From NCBI GenBank assembly GCA_019420405.1, contig JAHZHF010000001.1, positions 1-57,627 of the forward strand: DNA of 57,627 nt, in the 5' to 3' direction. The notes below the pieces were generated by a model, which had not been told where the DNA came from, did not search any database, and was given only the letters and a program-made list of their open reading frames with translations. This stretch comes from Clostridiales bacterium (GTDB taxonomy: Bacteria; Bacillota; Clostridia; Lachnospirales; Lachnospiraceae). Positions 9,597 through 19,747 of this stretch are shown piece by piece. Numbering within the stretch: the stretch's first letter is position 1; each line of letters begins with the position of its first letter. A program made the position numbers and the translations under genes.

Positions 9597-10524
9597 TACA
9601 GTAGTATGTGTGGGGTTTTGCTGCGTGGATGTTCTGGTCAGAGGTCTGGGAGATATAGACAGGACAAAAGAACTGATTCCCGCAGATAAGGTGACGATGT
9701 GGATTGGCGGGGATGCGATGAACGAGGCCTATGTCCTGAATCGTCTCGGCAAGGATGTGCGGCTTATGACCGGATTTGGAGACGATCCTCCGGCCGATCT
9801 GATCCGCTCTGTACTTGACAGGGCGAAGGTTGATTATTCTCTGTCAAATGTGAAAGAGAATTCAGATACTTCGATTGCGCTTCCGGTTGTCTATGCCAGT
9901 GCGGAACGCGGGATTATATCCGCGGGACTGGCAGATTCGCTTTCATTCTATATGGATCCAGACAAACTTCAGGGAGCGGCGGTAGTATCTCTGGCAAGTC
10001 TGTATTTTCCGCCTCTTTCTGATGAGAAAAATACGCTGGAGATCGTAAAGAGGGCAAAGGAAAACGGAAGTATCGTCTGTGCGGATATGATGTGGACGGA
10101 TGACGGTTCCTGTACGATTGAAAAGTACAGGGATGTCTGGCCGTACATTGATTACTTCTTTCCAAATGAAGAAGAGATTAGAAATCTCACGGGGAAAGAG
10201 ACGATCGAAGAAATGGCGGATATTCTGCTCGGCTGCGGAGTAGGTCATGTAGTGATAAAGACCGGGAAGAGGGGCTGTATGGCCAGAAGCAGAGAAGACA
10301 GCATCATCGTACCGCCGTTTCTGGTTGAAGCGAAGGATACGACAGGGGCAGGAGATAATTTTGCAGCGGGATTTATCACGGGGCTGCTGGAACATAAAAA
10401 TCTGGAAGAATGCTGCAGATATGCGAACGCGGCGGCTTCGATCGCCGTCAGATATGATGGGGCGTCAACCGCTATAAAAAGCCGTTCACAGCTGCAGGAA
10501 GTGCTGGATAGTAGAAAGGAATGA
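9589..10524 (+). CDS. PfkB family carbohydrate kinase (YdjH-like)
   Basis: GGDAMNEA, IVCADM, DYFFPNEEE, DTTGAGDNFAAGF. Confidence 0.9.
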   Translation: MSDTVVCVGFCCVDVLVRGLGDIDRTKELIPADKVTMWIGGDAMNEAYVLNRLGKDVRLMTGFGDDPPADLIRSVLDRAKVDYSLSNVKENSDTSIALPVVYASAERGIISAGLADSLSFYMDPDKLQGAAVVSLASLYFPPLSDEKNTLEIVKRAKENGSIVCADMMWTDDGSCTIEKYRDVWPYIDYFFPNEEEIRNLTGKETIEEMADILLGCGVGHVVIKTGKRGCMARSREDSIIVPPFLVEAKDTTGAGDNFAAGFITGLLEHKNLEECCRYANAAASIAVRYDGASTAIKSRSQLQEVLDSRKE

Positions 10525-10528
10525 TGAT

Positions 10529-11572
10529 ATGAAAAATGAAACGGTCTTTCTAGTGGAAGATAAGAAGTTCGAATTCAGAGAGACAGAGATGCCGGAGCCG
10601 GGAGATTTTGATGTCGTTGTGGAGATGAAGCATATCGGGATCTGCGGATCTGACGTCCTGTTCTTTGACGAGCATACGGTACACGGAGCTTTGGACTATG
10701 AACTTCCCGTTGTTCTGGGACATGAATGTGCGGGTGTAGTAGTCCGGACAGGAAAAAACGTTACGTCGCTCTCTGTGGGGGACAGAGTCGCGCTGGAGCC
10801 GGGAGTACCGTGCGGCGAATGTGAATATTGCAGATCCGGCAGATATAATCTGTGTGAGAAAGTGGACTTTATGGCGGCGCCGCCTTTTAACAAGGGGGCC
10901 ATGAGCAGATATGTCTGCCACCCTGCGTCCTGGGCGTATAAGCTCCCGGACAATGTGTCTACCCTGGAGGGGGCTTTACTGGAACCGCTTTCAGTCGGTA
11001 TGTATGCCGTAAAGCGGGCCAACCCGCAGCCTGCCGACACCGTTGCGATCCTCGGCGCGGGATGCATAGGGCTTGTAACCTTAATGGCACTGAAAGCCCG
11101 TGGTATTGACAACATTATCGTTATGGACCTGTTTGACAACAGGCTGGAGATGGCAAAAGAATGCGGCGCTATGGATGTGGTGAATTCTGGGGAGGCAGAC
11201 ATGGTACAGGCAGTGCTGGAACGGACAGACGGAAAGGGGACGGCGTATGTATTTGAGACAGCAGGAAATCCGATTACTACAAACGCGGCAGCAGGGATCG
11301 TGAAACGCGGAGGGAAGATCGTAATGGTCGGACAGGTACATCAGCCGGTGACATATGATTTCTTTGAGGTCAATTCAAAGGAAGCGGATATCATTAATGT
11401 GTTCCGATATGCCAATATCTACCCCATGGCGCTGGAAGCTGTAAAGAGCGGAAGGGTTGATGTAAAGAGAATCGTATCAAAGATTTTTCTGTGGGAGAAC
11501 ACTCAGGAGGCATACGAATGCGCCCTGTACGATAAGAAAGACGCAGTGAAAGTAGTGATCGAATGTAAATAG
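10529..11572 (+). CDS. Zn-dependent polyol dehydrogenase (sorbitol DH/YdjJ-like)
   Basis: GICGSD, LGHECAG, EPGVPCGECEYC, VDFMA, GAGCIG, VFRYAN. Confidence 0.9.
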   Translation: MKNETVFLVEDKKFEFRETEMPEPGDFDVVVEMKHIGICGSDVLFFDEHTVHGALDYELPVVLGHECAGVVVRTGKNVTSLSVGDRVALEPGVPCGECEYCRSGRYNLCEKVDFMAAPPFNKGAMSRYVCHPASWAYKLPDNVSTLEGALLEPLSVGMYAVKRANPQPADTVAILGAGCIGLVTLMALKARGIDNIIVMDLFDNRLEMAKECGAMDVVNSGEADMVQAVLERTDGKGTAYVFETAGNPITTNAAAGIVKRGGKIVMVGQVHQPVTYDFFEVNSKEADIINVFRYANIYPMALEAVKSGRVDVKRIVSKIFLWENTQEAYECALYDKKDAVKVVIECK

Positions 11573-11613
11573 GAAACAGATTTTGTTTATTTTTAATAAG
11601 GAGGGGACAGGTT

Positions 11614-12672
11614 ATGAAAGCAGTGGTTTTGTGCGGAAAAGGTGAAGTTGAGTACAGAGATGTGGAAAAACCGGTCATAGGTGATGATGACATTCTGCTG
11701 GAAGTGAAAGCATGCGGGATATGTGGAAGTGATCTCCATTTTTATTACGGACGTATGGCTCCGATCGGACAGGTACCGTTTACAATGGGGCATGAGTTCT
11801 CAGGCGTGATCGCAGAGAAAGGGAAAAATGTAGATGCTTACTGGAATGTAGGGGACAGAGTCGTATCAGACAATACGGGAGGGGCGTGCGGAAGATGCTA
11901 CAGCTGTTCTAACGGGCATTTTGTGGCGTGTGCGGACCGTCAGACAATGGGGGTATCCATGGACGGAGGCTTTACGAAATATGTGAAAATTCCGGGGAAG
12001 ATTTTACAGGTTTATAAGAACTGTCTGTGGAAGATACCTGAAAATCTGAGTTTCCAGGAGGCGACACTGATGGATCCTGCAGCGAACGGCTATAATGCGG
12101 TGATCCAGCAGGGAAATATGAAGCCGGGAGAAATCGTAGTTGTATTCGGCGTAGGAGCACTGGGCCTGATGTCTATCGCACAGGCATATCTTGGCGGGGC
12201 ATCGAAGGTCATCGCTGTCGGAATGAAATCGGATCGTGTGAGCAGAGAGGCCATCGCACGGAAGTACGGGGCTTCGGAATTCCTGGCGTCTGATGAAGAA
12301 GAGGATATTGTATCCAGGATCAGAGAAGCAGCTGGCCCGGACGGAGTTGCCCTTGCGGTAGATGCAGTGGGGATACCGTATCTGACAGATGTTGCGATAG
12401 CGGTAGTGAGAAATGAGGGGGCTATTGTGAGGATAGGGATGAGTGATAAGCCTTATCAGAGCAGCCTTGACGGATTTTCCCTCAAAAATATCAGGATCAT
12501 GGGCCATATGGGGTATGATCAGGTTTCATGGAGAAATACTCTGGCATTGTCGGCAGTGGGCAGGCTGGATTTGAAATCAATTATCACCTGCGAGCTTCCC
12601 CTTGAGGAATATCACAAAGGATTTGAAATGTCCAGAAAGCAGGAGGCGGCTAAGGTGGTTCTTATTCCGTGA
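11614..12672 (+). CDS. Zn-dependent dehydrogenase (YdjL-like)
   Basis: GICGSD, GHEFSG, RVVSDNTG, IPGKILQ..LWKIP, GHMGYDQVSWRN; resembles E. coli YdjL as recalled. Confidence 0.85.
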   Translation: MKAVVLCGKGEVEYRDVEKPVIGDDDILLEVKACGICGSDLHFYYGRMAPIGQVPFTMGHEFSGVIAEKGKNVDAYWNVGDRVVSDNTGGACGRCYSCSNGHFVACADRQTMGVSMDGGFTKYVKIPGKILQVYKNCLWKIPENLSFQEATLMDPAANGYNAVIQQGNMKPGEIVVVFGVGALGLMSIAQAYLGGASKVIAVGMKSDRVSREAIARKYGASEFLASDEEEDIVSRIREAAGPDGVALAVDAVGIPYLTDVAIAVVRNEGAIVRIGMSDKPYQSSLDGFSLKNIRIMGHMGYDQVSWRNTLALSAVGRLDLKSIITCELPLEEYHKGFEMSRKQEAAKVVLIP

Positions 12673-12691
12673 TTCGCATAAGGAGGAAAGA

Positions 12692-14200
12692 ATGGAAGAG
12701 TATATCCTGGAGTTAAAAGATGTTGTAAAGACATTTGGAGGTGTGACCGCTCTTAATAAAGTATGTTTCCGTCTGAAAGAGGGGGAAGTACATGCTTTGA
12801 TGGGGGAGAACGGCGCCGGAAAATCTACTTTGATCAAGACGATTACCGGTGTACACAGGCCGGATTCGGGGGAGATATATTTTCAGGGAAAGCCGGTGAG
12901 CTTTCATTCATCCAATGATTCGGCAAAGCTTGGGATCGCAGCAGTATATCAGCATGTTACAGCGTTTCCGGATCTCTCGGTGACAGAAAATATTTTTATG
13001 GGACAGGAGATCAAGAATAAATTAGGGTTTTATGACTGGAAAGCCATGAGAAAAAAGGCGGAGGAACTTCTGAAACCTTTAAAACCGGGGCTGGATGTTA
13101 CCCAGAATATGTCCGCATTAAGTGTTGCCGAGCAGCAGTTGGTCGAGATTGCCAAAGCCCTTTCAAGAGATCTGAAAGTCCTGATCATGGATGAACCGAC
13201 GGCTTCACTGACCCAGCATGAGTGCGAGGAGCTATACGAGATCGTGGATGACCTCAGAAGGAAAGGCGTATCAATTATTTTTATTTCACATCGCATGGAA
13301 GATATGTACAGGCTGGCCTCAAAAGTAACCGTATTCAGAGATTCACAGTATATCGGATGCTGGGATGTTGATAAGATCTCGGAAAAAGAGCTGATCTCCC
13401 ATATGGTCGGAAGAGAACTTCAGCAGATGTATCCTGAGAGAAATGCAAAGATCGGAAATGTTGTCCTGGAAGTGAAAAATCTGTCAAAAACAGGGCTGTT
13501 TAAGAATGTATCCTTCAATGTGAAAAAAGGCGAGGTAGTCGCTTTCACAGGACTGGTGGGCGCCGGGAGAACAGAAGTCTGTCAGAGCCTGTTCGGGATC
13601 GCTCCGGCTGACAGTGGGGAGATACTGCTGGAAGGGAAAGCGGTAAAAATCAATTCCTCCAAAAATGCTTTTGCCAGAGGAATCGGATTACTTCCCGAAG
13701 ACAGACAGCTGCAGGGCCTGATTGAGCAGCAGCCGATCTTTGAAAATGTGTCATCGGCATCATTATCACATTTCGCAAAGGGCGGATTTTTGGATGTGGA
13801 AAAGGAAAAAGCAACTGCGGAAGAACTATGTTCAAGGATACAGCTGAAAGCAGAGAATATCAGTGCGCTTCCGTCATCGCTTTCCGGAGGAAATCAGCAG
13901 AAAGTTGTGTTCGCAAAACTGCTGAACTGTGACCTGAAGATCCTGATTTTGGATGAGCCTACCAAGGGTGTGGATGTAGGCGCCAAGTATTCTATTTACG
14001 AAATTATCAATGACCTTGCGGCGCGGGGGTGGGGAATCCTCATTGTTTCTTCAGAAATGCCGGAGGTGATCGGCATGGCTGACCGTGTCTATGTGATGAG
14101 TTCAGGAAGGATCACGGCAGAATTTGCGAAAGAAGAGATTACGCAGGAGAAACTTTTGATCGCTGCTCTTGCAGAAAACGGAGAGGGGGAACAAGTGTGA
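12692..14200 (+). CDS. sugar ABC transporter ATP-binding protein (CUT2, two ATPase domains)
   Basis: GENGAGKST, LSVAEQQLVEIAKAL, DEPT, LSGGNQQKV. Start at ATG 12692 after AGGAGG. Confidence 0.93.
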   Translation: MEEYILELKDVVKTFGGVTALNKVCFRLKEGEVHALMGENGAGKSTLIKTITGVHRPDSGEIYFQGKPVSFHSSNDSAKLGIAAVYQHVTAFPDLSVTENIFMGQEIKNKLGFYDWKAMRKKAEELLKPLKPGLDVTQNMSALSVAEQQLVEIAKALSRDLKVLIMDEPTASLTQHECEELYEIVDDLRRKGVSIIFISHRMEDMYRLASKVTVFRDSQYIGCWDVDKISEKELISHMVGRELQQMYPERNAKIGNVVLEVKNLSKTGLFKNVSFNVKKGEVVAFTGLVGAGRTEVCQSLFGIAPADSGEILLEGKAVKINSSKNAFARGIGLLPEDRQLQGLIEQQPIFENVSSASLSHFAKGGFLDVEKEKATAEELCSRIQLKAENISALPSSLSGGNQQKVVFAKLLNCDLKILILDEPTKGVDVGAKYSIYEIINDLAARGWGILIVSSEMPEVIGMADRVYVMSSGRITAEFAKEEITQEKLLIAALAENGEGEQV

Positions 14201-15177
14201 AAGCAATATTAAGAAGCCGTAATATCGGGCTTGTGATCGGACTTGCGATCATGCTGGCGCTGGCTTATGTGATCACTCCTCAGTTTTATGATGGTGCAAC
14301 ATTAGTCGGAATGCTTCAGAATAACTGTATTTATCTGTTTCTTGCTGTGGCGGAGATTATTGTGATCATTTCCGGGGCAATCGATTTGTCAGGCCCTTCG
14401 ATCCTGGCATTGACAGGCTGTCTAAGCGCAGTAATACAGATGGAAAATCCGGATATGCCTGCAGCAGTACTGATACTCCTGTCTATAGCGATAGGATTGG
14501 CATGCGGCCTGTTTAATGGTCTGATTGTGAATTATCTGAGGATCAATCCCATGATAGCGACTCTTGGGACAAGCTATATTATCAGAGGAATCGCATTTCT
14601 AGTCTCAGACGGGGAATGGGTCATGCCGCATCAGTTTACAGAAAATTTCACGAATCTGTCGGTAGGAAAGATATTCGGCGTTTACAATATTATCTGGTTT
14701 GCAGCTGCAGTCATTATCGCGGCAGGAATTTTCCTTGGCTATACAACGCTGGGAAGGAGACAGTACGCGGTCGGAAGCAATGCCGCATCGGCCGCAGTTG
14801 CGGGTATTAAGGTTAAGAAAACAGGAGTGCAGGCTTATATGATCGGAGGTGCTGTCTGCGGACTTGCGGGGATTCTCTATGCGGCAAACTTTGCGGCGTG
14901 CAATTATCAGGTTGCAACCGGATATGAAATGACCGCCATTGCGATCTGCATCCTGGGAGGTGCAGGAGTTACAGGAGGAACAGGAAAGATCAGCGGATTG
15001 TTCCTGGCCGTTCTTATGATCTCAGTGATCAATTCTTTTATCAGCATGCTGCCGGGACTGAGCATATGGGCGGATGCGATTCAGGGATTCATTATCATTG
15101 CCGCAGTTCTGATCAATGTGTTCATGGCCAGGACAGAGCGTCAGAGGGAGCTTAAACGAAGGGAGAGTCTGATATGA
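14197..15177 (+). CDS. sugar ABC transporter permease
   Basis: GAIDLS, IATLGT, GRRQYAVGSN, YEMTAIAICILGG. Confidence 0.92.
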   Translation: MKAILRSRNIGLVIGLAIMLALAYVITPQFYDGATLVGMLQNNCIYLFLAVAEIIVIISGAIDLSGPSILALTGCLSAVIQMENPDMPAAVLILLSIAIGLACGLFNGLIVNYLRINPMIATLGTSYIIRGIAFLVSDGEWVMPHQFTENFTNLSVGKIFGVYNIIWFAAAVIIAAGIFLGYTTLGRRQYAVGSNAASAAVAGIKVKKTGVQAYMIGGAVCGLAGILYAANFAACNYQVATGYEMTAIAICILGGAGVTGGTGKISGLFLAVLMISVINSFISMLPGLSIWADAIQGFIIIAAVLINVFMARTERQRELKRRESLI

Positions 15178-16178
15178 ACGGTAAAAAAACAAGTGCGGGC
15201 AGTAAACGGCGCATTGGAGCCTTTTTTGTGAAGTGGGAAATGATACTGATCTACATTCTTTTGGCCATCAATATCATGCTGGTTGTCCAAAGGCCTGATT
15301 TGTATTTTGCTCCGGGAACTGTATCGTCTATGATCCAGGCCGGACTGGATATATGTCCGCTTGCCCTTGGAATGGCGCTGGTAATGGTGGTGGGAGATGT
15401 GGATGTATCCTGCGCGGCTAATATGATCTTCTGCGCTATGGTCACCGGACTTGGTATGGATGCGGGGATTCCGGCTGCGGCAGCAGTGCTGCTCGGGCTG
15501 GCAGCAGGGACTGTACTTGGGGCTGTAAATGGTTTTCTGGTTGCGTATATCGGACTGCCTGCCGTTATAACAACGATCGGCACATCCCTTCTTTACAGAG
15601 GACTCGTCAAGATCATTCTTGATGTAAATGTACTGAAAAATTTCCCGGATTTTTATTCTGTGATCGCCTGGAGGAATGTGGCAGGAATCCCGATTTCCAT
15701 GATCCTTTTTCTGGCTATGGCGGTAGTTTTCGGGATCGTGCTGCAGAAGACTTCCTTCGGACGGATCCTTTATATGATGGGAAATAATCCGGTGACGACA
15801 ATGTATTCCGGGATCAGCGTACGGCGTATCAGGATGGCGGTATTTATGATCATGGGATTTATGTCAGGCGTAGCTTCTATTTTCTATATCGGACGAATGG
15901 GAGGAGGTGCGAATTCTGCTATGGGAACAGGAAGCGAGATGACCGCGATTGCGATCGTAGCTCTCGGAGGTATTGCCACGGGAAGCGGAAAAATGTACGG
16001 TCCTGTAATCGCCACATTTATTCTCGCTGCTTTGACTTATTCACTGGGACTGCTTGGGATCGACAACAACGGGAAGAATATCTTTACAGGGATCATCCTG
16101 ATCATTTCTGTTGCCCTGGCTAATATGAATAAAGGCGGTTTGGAAAATCTGAAGCATATGTTTACGGCAAAATCATAA
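15174..16178 (+). CDS. sugar ABC transporter permease
   Basis: GDVDVS, ITTIGT, FGRILYMMGNN, EMTAIAIVALGG. Confidence 0.92.
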   Translation: MNGKKTSAGSKRRIGAFFVKWEMILIYILLAINIMLVVQRPDLYFAPGTVSSMIQAGLDICPLALGMALVMVVGDVDVSCAANMIFCAMVTGLGMDAGIPAAAAVLLGLAAGTVLGAVNGFLVAYIGLPAVITTIGTSLLYRGLVKIILDVNVLKNFPDFYSVIAWRNVAGIPISMILFLAMAVVFGIVLQKTSFGRILYMMGNNPVTTMYSGISVRRIRMAVFMIMGFMSGVASIFYIGRMGGGANSAMGTGSEMTAIAIVALGGIATGSGKMYGPVIATFILAALTYSLGLLGIDNNGKNIFTGIILIISVALANMNKGGLENLKHMFTAKS

Positions 16179-16193
16179 AAAGAAAAGGAGAAA

Positions 16194-17354
16194 ATGGTTA
16201 TGAAAAAAAGAATTTTAGCATTCGTGCTGAGTGTGTGTATGGTGATCGGACTTACGGCATGTTCCTCCTCCGGCGGAGAAGCGGGATCAGAATCATCCGG
16301 GGGAACGGGTGATACAGATGAGGGGAACAGCGGTTATGTGATGATCAATAAGGCGAAAGATGACTATCTGATGAACAATTACAACGGGTTTGAGAGTTAT
16401 TTAACTGAGCATGATATCTCCAGTACAGAGCAGAGCCCGACAGAAGCTACAGTAGCGGCACAGGTGAAAAACATTGATGAACTTATTACTCAGGGTGTTT
16501 CCGCACTTGCGATCAACGCAAACGGTGACACAGGATTTGACGAGGTGCTCCGTAAAGCTGAAGAAGCCGGAGTTAATATCGTTTCCTATGACGCGGCTTT
16601 GAATCCGGATCTGCGCTCTGTGCATATCAATCAGGCGTCAACGGAAGATGTGGGCGCATATATGGCCAGAATGGGCGTTATGGCTGCACTGGGAGTTGAA
16701 TATGAAAGCGGGGATATGACGGCTGAGCTTGAAGAGGCACTTGCGGATTATGATGGAGAGGAGATCGTGATAGGATGTCTGTCAGCCGGCATTGACGCTC
16801 CGGTACAGAATGCATGGCTGGAAGCGATGAATGCTGAACTGTCGAAAGATATGTATCAGGGAAAAGTGAATCCGGAAATGGATATCAAATATGGAAATGA
16901 TGATCTGACAGAGTCTACAACTCAGGCGCAGGCATATCTTGCTGAGGACAGAGTTGACGTGATAGTGTGCATTTCTACCATTGCAATGGCTGCTGCGTGC
17001 CAGGTATATGAGAGCAGCGGAAGTGATGTAAAAGTGACAGGCTGCGGGGCTCCGTCACAGATCCAGGCATTTATGCCGGCGCCGGATGAAGATTCATTTG
17101 ATGCTGTTTGCCCGTATATTGTTCTCTGGGATATGGAAAGAGTAGGAGCTGTTGCGGCGTGTGCACTGATGGCTCTTCAGGAAGGGGAATTTGACGGAAG
17201 CATAGGTTCCACACTGACAATGGATGCATGGGGCGAGTATGAAGAGACTACATTTACGGTAACTGAGGCAAGTGATGGCGGGAGCGAGATCGTCGTAGGG
17301 GCTCCGATCGTATTTGACAAAGACAATGTAGCAGACTGGGTAGACAGATTATAA
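16194..17354 (+). CDS. sugar ABC transporter substrate-binding lipoprotein (rhamnose/AI-2 binding family-like)
   Basis: Lipobox LTAC; PTEATVAAQVKNIDELITQGV, YGNDD, LWD, PIVFDKDNV. Confidence 0.85.
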   Translation: MVMKKRILAFVLSVCMVIGLTACSSSGGEAGSESSGGTGDTDEGNSGYVMINKAKDDYLMNNYNGFESYLTEHDISSTEQSPTEATVAAQVKNIDELITQGVSALAINANGDTGFDEVLRKAEEAGVNIVSYDAALNPDLRSVHINQASTEDVGAYMARMGVMAALGVEYESGDMTAELEEALADYDGEEIVIGCLSAGIDAPVQNAWLEAMNAELSKDMYQGKVNPEMDIKYGNDDLTESTTQAQAYLAEDRVDVIVCISTIAMAAACQVYESSGSDVKVTGCGAPSQIQAFMPAPDEDSFDAVCPYIVLWDMERVGAVAACALMALQEGEFDGSIGSTLTMDAWGEYEETTFTVTEASDGGSEIVVGAPIVFDKDNVADWVDRL

Positions 17355-17383
17355 TATACTGCTTGCAGAAGGAGCTGATAAAA

Positions 17384-18568
17384 ATGCTGAATTTTCAATT
17401 TTATTCACCGACGCGATTTATTTTCGGAAAAGAAGAAGAAAATAATGTAGGAAAATATATTAAAGAATACCAGGCAAAAAAAGTTATGATCCTGCACTAT
17501 GGGAGCGGGCTGGAATTTGAAGACGCATTGATCCGCAGGATCAGGACGTCTTTGGAATCAGAAGGACTCGAGTATGTAGACTTCTCCGGAATCCAGGCGA
17601 ATCCTCTGTACGAAAAAGCGATAGAGGGTACGGAAATCGTCAAGAAAGAAAAGGTTGATTTCCTTCTGGCGGTCGGAGGAGGCAGTGTGATCGATACGGC
17701 TAAATTTATCGGGGTAGATGCATTATATGACGGAGATCTGTGGGACTACTGTTATATGAAAGGAAATCCGGCAAAAGAGAGTATGCCGGTTGCGGCAGTA
17801 CTGACGATCGCGGCTACGGGCAGCGAAGGGTCTGCAAGCAGTATTATTACACGGGGTGTTCTCAAGAAAAATATGGGCGGTGATGTGATCCGGCCGGTAT
17901 TTTCCATCATGAACCCTGAACTGACCTATACGCTGCCGCCATTCCAGACGGCAAGCGGCATCGTTGACATGATGGCACATGTCCATGAGAGATATTTTAC
18001 GCCGGCTCCGGATAATGAACTGACGGATTATTTATCCGAAGCTGTGATGAAGACAATTATCAATAATGCTCCGATTGTAATGCGAGAGCCTGATAATTAT
18101 GAAGCGCGCGCTGCGCTGATGTGGGCCGGCACCTTAGCCCATAATGATTCCTGCGGCGTCGGCAGACTGGTAGATCTTGCCGTACATTTTATTCAAAGTC
18201 CGATCAGCGGGCATTACAATTCTGCCCATGGCGCAGGCTGCGGAGTAATAACGCTCGGCTGGATGAAATACGTTTATAAGACCGATATGGCCAGATTTGT
18301 AAGATATTTTACAAGGATATGGAATATTGAAAATGACGAGTTTCATCCGGAAAAAGTGATCCTGGAAGGGATCGAAAAGCAAAAACAGTTCTACATTGCA
18401 CTTGGAATGCCGACGACCCTGGAAGAAATAGGGGGATGCGAGGAGGACATTCCGATGCTCGCTGCGGATGCAGACGTTATGCCTCATGGGAAAACCGGAA
18501 ATTTCGTGCGGCTTGACAGGCATGATGTAGAAAATATACTGAGACTGTGTCTAAAGAAAAATAATTGA
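17384..18568 (+). CDS. iron-containing alcohol dehydrogenase (butanol dehydrogenase type)
   Basis: FYSPTRFIFGK, AVGGGSVIDTAK, TIAATGSEGS, AHVHERYF, HGAG. Confidence 0.9.
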   Translation: MLNFQFYSPTRFIFGKEEENNVGKYIKEYQAKKVMILHYGSGLEFEDALIRRIRTSLESEGLEYVDFSGIQANPLYEKAIEGTEIVKKEKVDFLLAVGGGSVIDTAKFIGVDALYDGDLWDYCYMKGNPAKESMPVAAVLTIAATGSEGSASSIITRGVLKKNMGGDVIRPVFSIMNPELTYTLPPFQTASGIVDMMAHVHERYFTPAPDNELTDYLSEAVMKTIINNAPIVMREPDNYEARAALMWAGTLAHNDSCGVGRLVDLAVHFIQSPISGHYNSAHGAGCGVITLGWMKYVYKTDMARFVRYFTRIWNIENDEFHPEKVILEGIEKQKQFYIALGMPTTLEEIGGCEEDIPMLAADADVMPHGKTGNFVRLDRHDVENILRLCLKKNN

Positions 18569-18605
18569 GCAGCTATAAAGTTTAAGTTTCTGCTGCAGAC
18601 TAAAA

Positions 18606-18651
18606 GAAGGGACGGCCGGGAAGCAACTGCTTGTGCTCCGGCAGTCCCTTC
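18606..18651 (+). terminator. hairpin ending sugar cluster 1
   Basis: GAAGGGACGGCCGG...CCGGCAGTCCCTTC. Confidence 0.55.
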
Positions 18652-18774
18652 ATTCAATAATCACCCGTAGTATAATTGTCTGGCCGTTTTCCAAGTTAGA
18701 GGCTGCCTGCCGGTAATCACAATTCCAAACAGGAACGATGCCCAATTCAGCTTGCTGACGCTCTGATTAAAAAC

Positions 18775-18803
18775 TTGTTCTAGCAGATGCAAAATGGTAT
18801 AAT
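18775..18803 (+). promoter_or_regulatory. sigma-A-like promoter of the Fic gene
   Basis: TTGTTC-17 bp-TATAAT with extended TG. Confidence 0.5.
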
Positions 18804-18841
18804 GAACCCCTGAGATACCGTTGAAACGAGGTGAAACAGGC

Positions 18842-19608
18842 ATGGACTACGATATGCTTTATGATAAAAAAGAGCAGCTTACCAAGATCCGGAGCAGCAT
18901 TCCGTCGGAGGCGCTGGAGAGCTATGAAAAAAGTTTTGACATTGAGTACGCACACAACTCCACTGCCATCGAAGGAAATACTCTGACGCTGATCCAGACG
19001 AAGGCAATCTTGGAGGACGGTCTTTCTGTTGGCGGCAAGACACTTCGTGAAATCTATGAGGTGGCGAACCACGCAAAGGCATTCGCTTTTGTAAAAAAAG
19101 CGTCGCAGAAGGAAGGCCTTTGGACGAGCCGACAGCAAAGGATATCCATGCACTGCTAATGGAAAATATCCTTGTGGGAGGCGTTTATCGCAACGTGGAA
19201 GTCCGCATTTCCGGTGCGGGGTTCAAACCGCCGGCCCCTAATGAAATGTTACGGTAGGTCAAAAATTTCTTTGCGGATCTGCCGTACCGGAAGGATCTCA
19301 ATCCCATTGAGCTTGCCGCATGGACGCATGCGGAGTTTGTAAAGACCCATCCCGTTGTCGATGGGAATGGCAGAACTTCCCGGATGCTGATGAACTACCA
19401 ACTCATGGCAAAAGGATTCCTCCCTGTCTCCATCGCAAAAGAGAACCGTCTGGAATACTTCGATGCGCTGGAGGTGTATGCTGTGTCTGGGGATCTGGAG
19501 CCGTTTAGAGATATGGTTGCTGGTTTGGAGGAAAAACGGCTGGACGAATATCTTGCCATCATCAGCGAACAGGACACGGAGGACGACTCCCCAACACAGA
19601 CAATGTAA
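18842..19608 (+). pseudogene. Fic family protein pseudogene
   Basis: N-part has HNSTAIEGNTLT. Frameshift at the A7 run 19093-19099, in-frame TAG at 19255-19257; downstream frame carries HPVVDGNGRTSR. Confidence 0.9.
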
Positions 19609-19656
19609 ATCAACATAATATCTCCATACTCCTGTACTTTTTCCGCTGTTATCCCC

Positions 19657-19704
19657 AAAAAGAAACCGGGTACGATAGCTGCCTATCATGCCCGGTTTCT
19701 TTTT
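19657..19704. terminator. bidirectional rho-independent terminator
   Basis: AAAAAGAAACCGGG...CCCGGTTTCTTTTT between convergent genes. Confidence 0.8.
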
Positions 19705-19747
19705 GATTTTCCGTTTTCTTTGGAAGCTGCTTGATCTGCTCCGATTT

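Noticed and set aside
18661..18843. Short ORFs upstream of the Fic pseudogene
   Set aside because: No RBS or recognisable motif; may be decayed sequence.
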